DNA from: an uncultured delta proteobacterium
GTDB taxonomy: Bacteria; Desulfobacterota; Desulfuromonadia; Desulfuromonadales; BM103
Direction of reading: 5' to 3'
Assembly: GCA_963715335.1 (NCBI GenBank)
Contig: CAVQRZ010000001.1
Location: forward strand, 1 to 64,000
Length of the DNA: 64,000 nucleotides
In this document: piece after piece, positions 62,754 to 64,000 of the stretch
Numbering within the stretch: the stretch's first letter is position 1
How the letters are laid out: the number at the start of each line of letters is the position of its first letter
Notes under the pieces: generated by a model
Databases searched by the model: none
What the model was told of the DNA's origin: nothing
What the model saw: only the letters and a program-made list of their open reading frames with translations
Translations under genes and position numbers: made by a program

Positions 62754-63731
62754 TCAGTTCCGCTTGAAAGCCTCCAGCAACCTCCTCGCCGCCGCGCTCG
62801 GCGTGGTCGTGCCATTCGCCACGGAATCCTGCACCTGCCCGAGCAGCGCTTCAACGTTGCGGTCGCGCAGAAACATTTCCTTGATGTCGTCGATCAGCAA
62901 GGTCCACATCCAGTCGTTGGCCTGCAGCCGGCGTTTCTTCTCGAGCTCGCCGCTCTGCTGCATGCGGTTGCGGAAATCCTCGATCGCCGCCCAGGCTTCG
63001 GCGATCCCTTCACCGTGCAGGGCGCTGCAGAGCATGGCCGGCACCTGCCAGTTGAGACTTTTCGGTTTGAGCATGTGCAGGGCGTTGGCATATTGCTGGC
63101 GGGCCAGTTCGGCCTTGGGGCGGTTGTCGCCCTCAGCTTTGTTGATCAGGATCGCGTCGGCGATTTCCATGACGCCGCGCTTGATCCCTTGCAGCTCGTC
63201 GCCGGCGTTGGGCAGCTGCAGCAGGAGGAAGAAGTCGACCATCGAGGCAACGGTGATCTCGGACTGGCCGACGCCGACCGTTTCGACAATGATCACATCA
63301 AAGCCGGCGGCCTCGCAGACCAGCATCGTCTCACGGGTCTTGCGGGCCACGCCGCCGAGGGTCTGGCCGGCAGGAGACGGACGAATGAACGCGTTGGTCT
63401 GGCGGGCCAGCTCTTCCATGCGCGTCTTGTCGCCTAAAATGCTGCCGCCGGAGAGCTGCGAGGAGGGATCGACTGCAAGCACCGCCACCCGATGGCCCTG
63501 TTCGAGCAGGTACATGCCGAAGGCTTCGATAAAGGTGCTCTTGCCGGCGCCGGGCACGCCGGAGATGCCGATCCGGATCGATTTGCCGGTATCCGGCAGG
63601 AGTTCGTCGAGCAGGGTGGTTGCGGCCAGGGAGTGGTCGAGGTTGCGGCTTTCGATCAGGGTGATCGCCTTGGCCAGGGCACGGACGTTGCCGGCACGCA
63701 CACCGCCAGCGATGTCTTGGAGTTTGATCAA
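62754..63731 (-). CDS. meaB: Methylmalonyl-CoA mutase-associated GTPase MeaB
   Basis: GVPGAGKST, AVDPSS..SGGSILGDKTRM, ETVGVGQSE, NKAEG. Confidence 0.95.
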   Translation of the reverse strand: MIKLQDIAGGVRAGNVRALAKAITLIESRNLDHSLAATTLLDELLPDTGKSIRIGISGVPGAGKSTFIEAFGMYLLEQGHRVAVLAVDPSSQLSGGSILGDKTRMEELARQTNAFIRPSPAGQTLGGVARKTRETMLVCEAAGFDVIIVETVGVGQSEITVASMVDFFLLLQLPNAGDELQGIKRGVMEIADAILINKAEGDNRPKAELARQQYANALHMLKPKSLNWQVPAMLCSALHGEGIAEAWAAIEDFRNRMQQSGELEKKRRLQANDWMWTLLIDDIKEMFLRDRNVEALLGQVQDSVANGTTTPSAAARRLLEAFKRN

Positions 63732-63745
63732 ATGGAAAATCCCGG

Positions 63746-63815
63746 GAATCCAGTATTCAGAATTCAGTAGTCAGAACAGAGACCAAACTTCTGGATTCTG
63801 GATACTGAATTCTTG
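63746..63815. repeat. Heptamer-unit inverted-repeat cassette between the mutase gene and meaB
   Basis: ccagtattcagaattcagtagtcagaa ... ttctggattctggatactgaattctt. Confidence 0.85.
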
Positions 63816-63845
63816 ATACAGAAGGGGCGGCATAGCCGCCCCCTA

Positions 63846-64000
63846 TCACTTCTGTTTCTCTTCGATCGCGTCGAGGGTCTGGGTGGCCGAGGTGACGATC
63901 GGGGTGCCGGGGCCGAAGATTCTGGCGGCGCCGGCAGCGTAGAGCTCATCATAGTCCTGGCGCGGGATAACCCCGCCACAGACGATGGCGACATCTTCGG
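63846..64000 (-). CDS. scpA: Methylmalonyl-CoA mutase, C-terminal end of the B12-binding domain (partial)
   Basis: Manual translation EDVAIVCGGVIPRQDYDELYAAGAARIFGPGTPIVTSATQTLDAIEEKQK*. Confidence 0.9.
   Translation of the reverse strand, partial: EDVAIVCGGVIPRQDYDELYAAGAARIFGPGTPIVTSATQTLDAIEEKQK

Noticed and set aside
62414..62854. 146-aa minus-strand ORF as a real gene
   Set aside because: Chimera of the meaB end in another frame, spacer sequence and one frame of the four-helix-bundle pseudogene.

Overview
Bacterial chromosomal window, most likely a Desulfuromonadales-type deltaproteobacterium (inferred from the c7-type triheme cytochrome, GEMM riboswitch, sigma54 promoters, a selenoprotein and gene content). 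Most of it is housekeeping and metabolism: ettA, dksA, moaC, radA, larA-glcD-glcF, htpX, glmS/glmU, clpB with two hsp20, a DinG-type helicase, an AlaA-like aminotransferase, glutamate-cysteine ligase, tkt, an ECF sigma locus, a porin, and mce/meaB/mutase. Several single-base frameshifts, including in glmU and tkt, look like assembly errors. The most interesting signals are absent from the ORF track. (1) An apparently complete ribosome-dependent attenuator at 47678-47835: a 35-codon leader with 14 Ala codons (7 consecutive), a terminator, and a mutually exclusive antiterminator, upstream of an AlaA-like aminotransferase; this is a candidate alanine-sensing attenuator. (2) A CxxU AhpD/CMD-like selenoprotein with a SECIS hairpin. 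(3) An accessory locus (118-7885) with an AMIN plus triple beta-barrel protein and several secreted low-complexity proteins. (4) A ~525-bp structured non-coding element in two inverted copies. (5) Heptamer/octamer inverted-repeat cassettes, two next to a decayed four-helix-bundle gene. (6) A sigma54 hsp20-clpB circuit with candidate activator sites. (7) A c-di-GMP-I riboswitch ahead of a PilZ/MinD-like operon. (8) A 45-aa CxxC lipoprotein. All family calls come from motif recognition by eye; no searches were run. No tRNA, rRNA or CRISPR array was seen.
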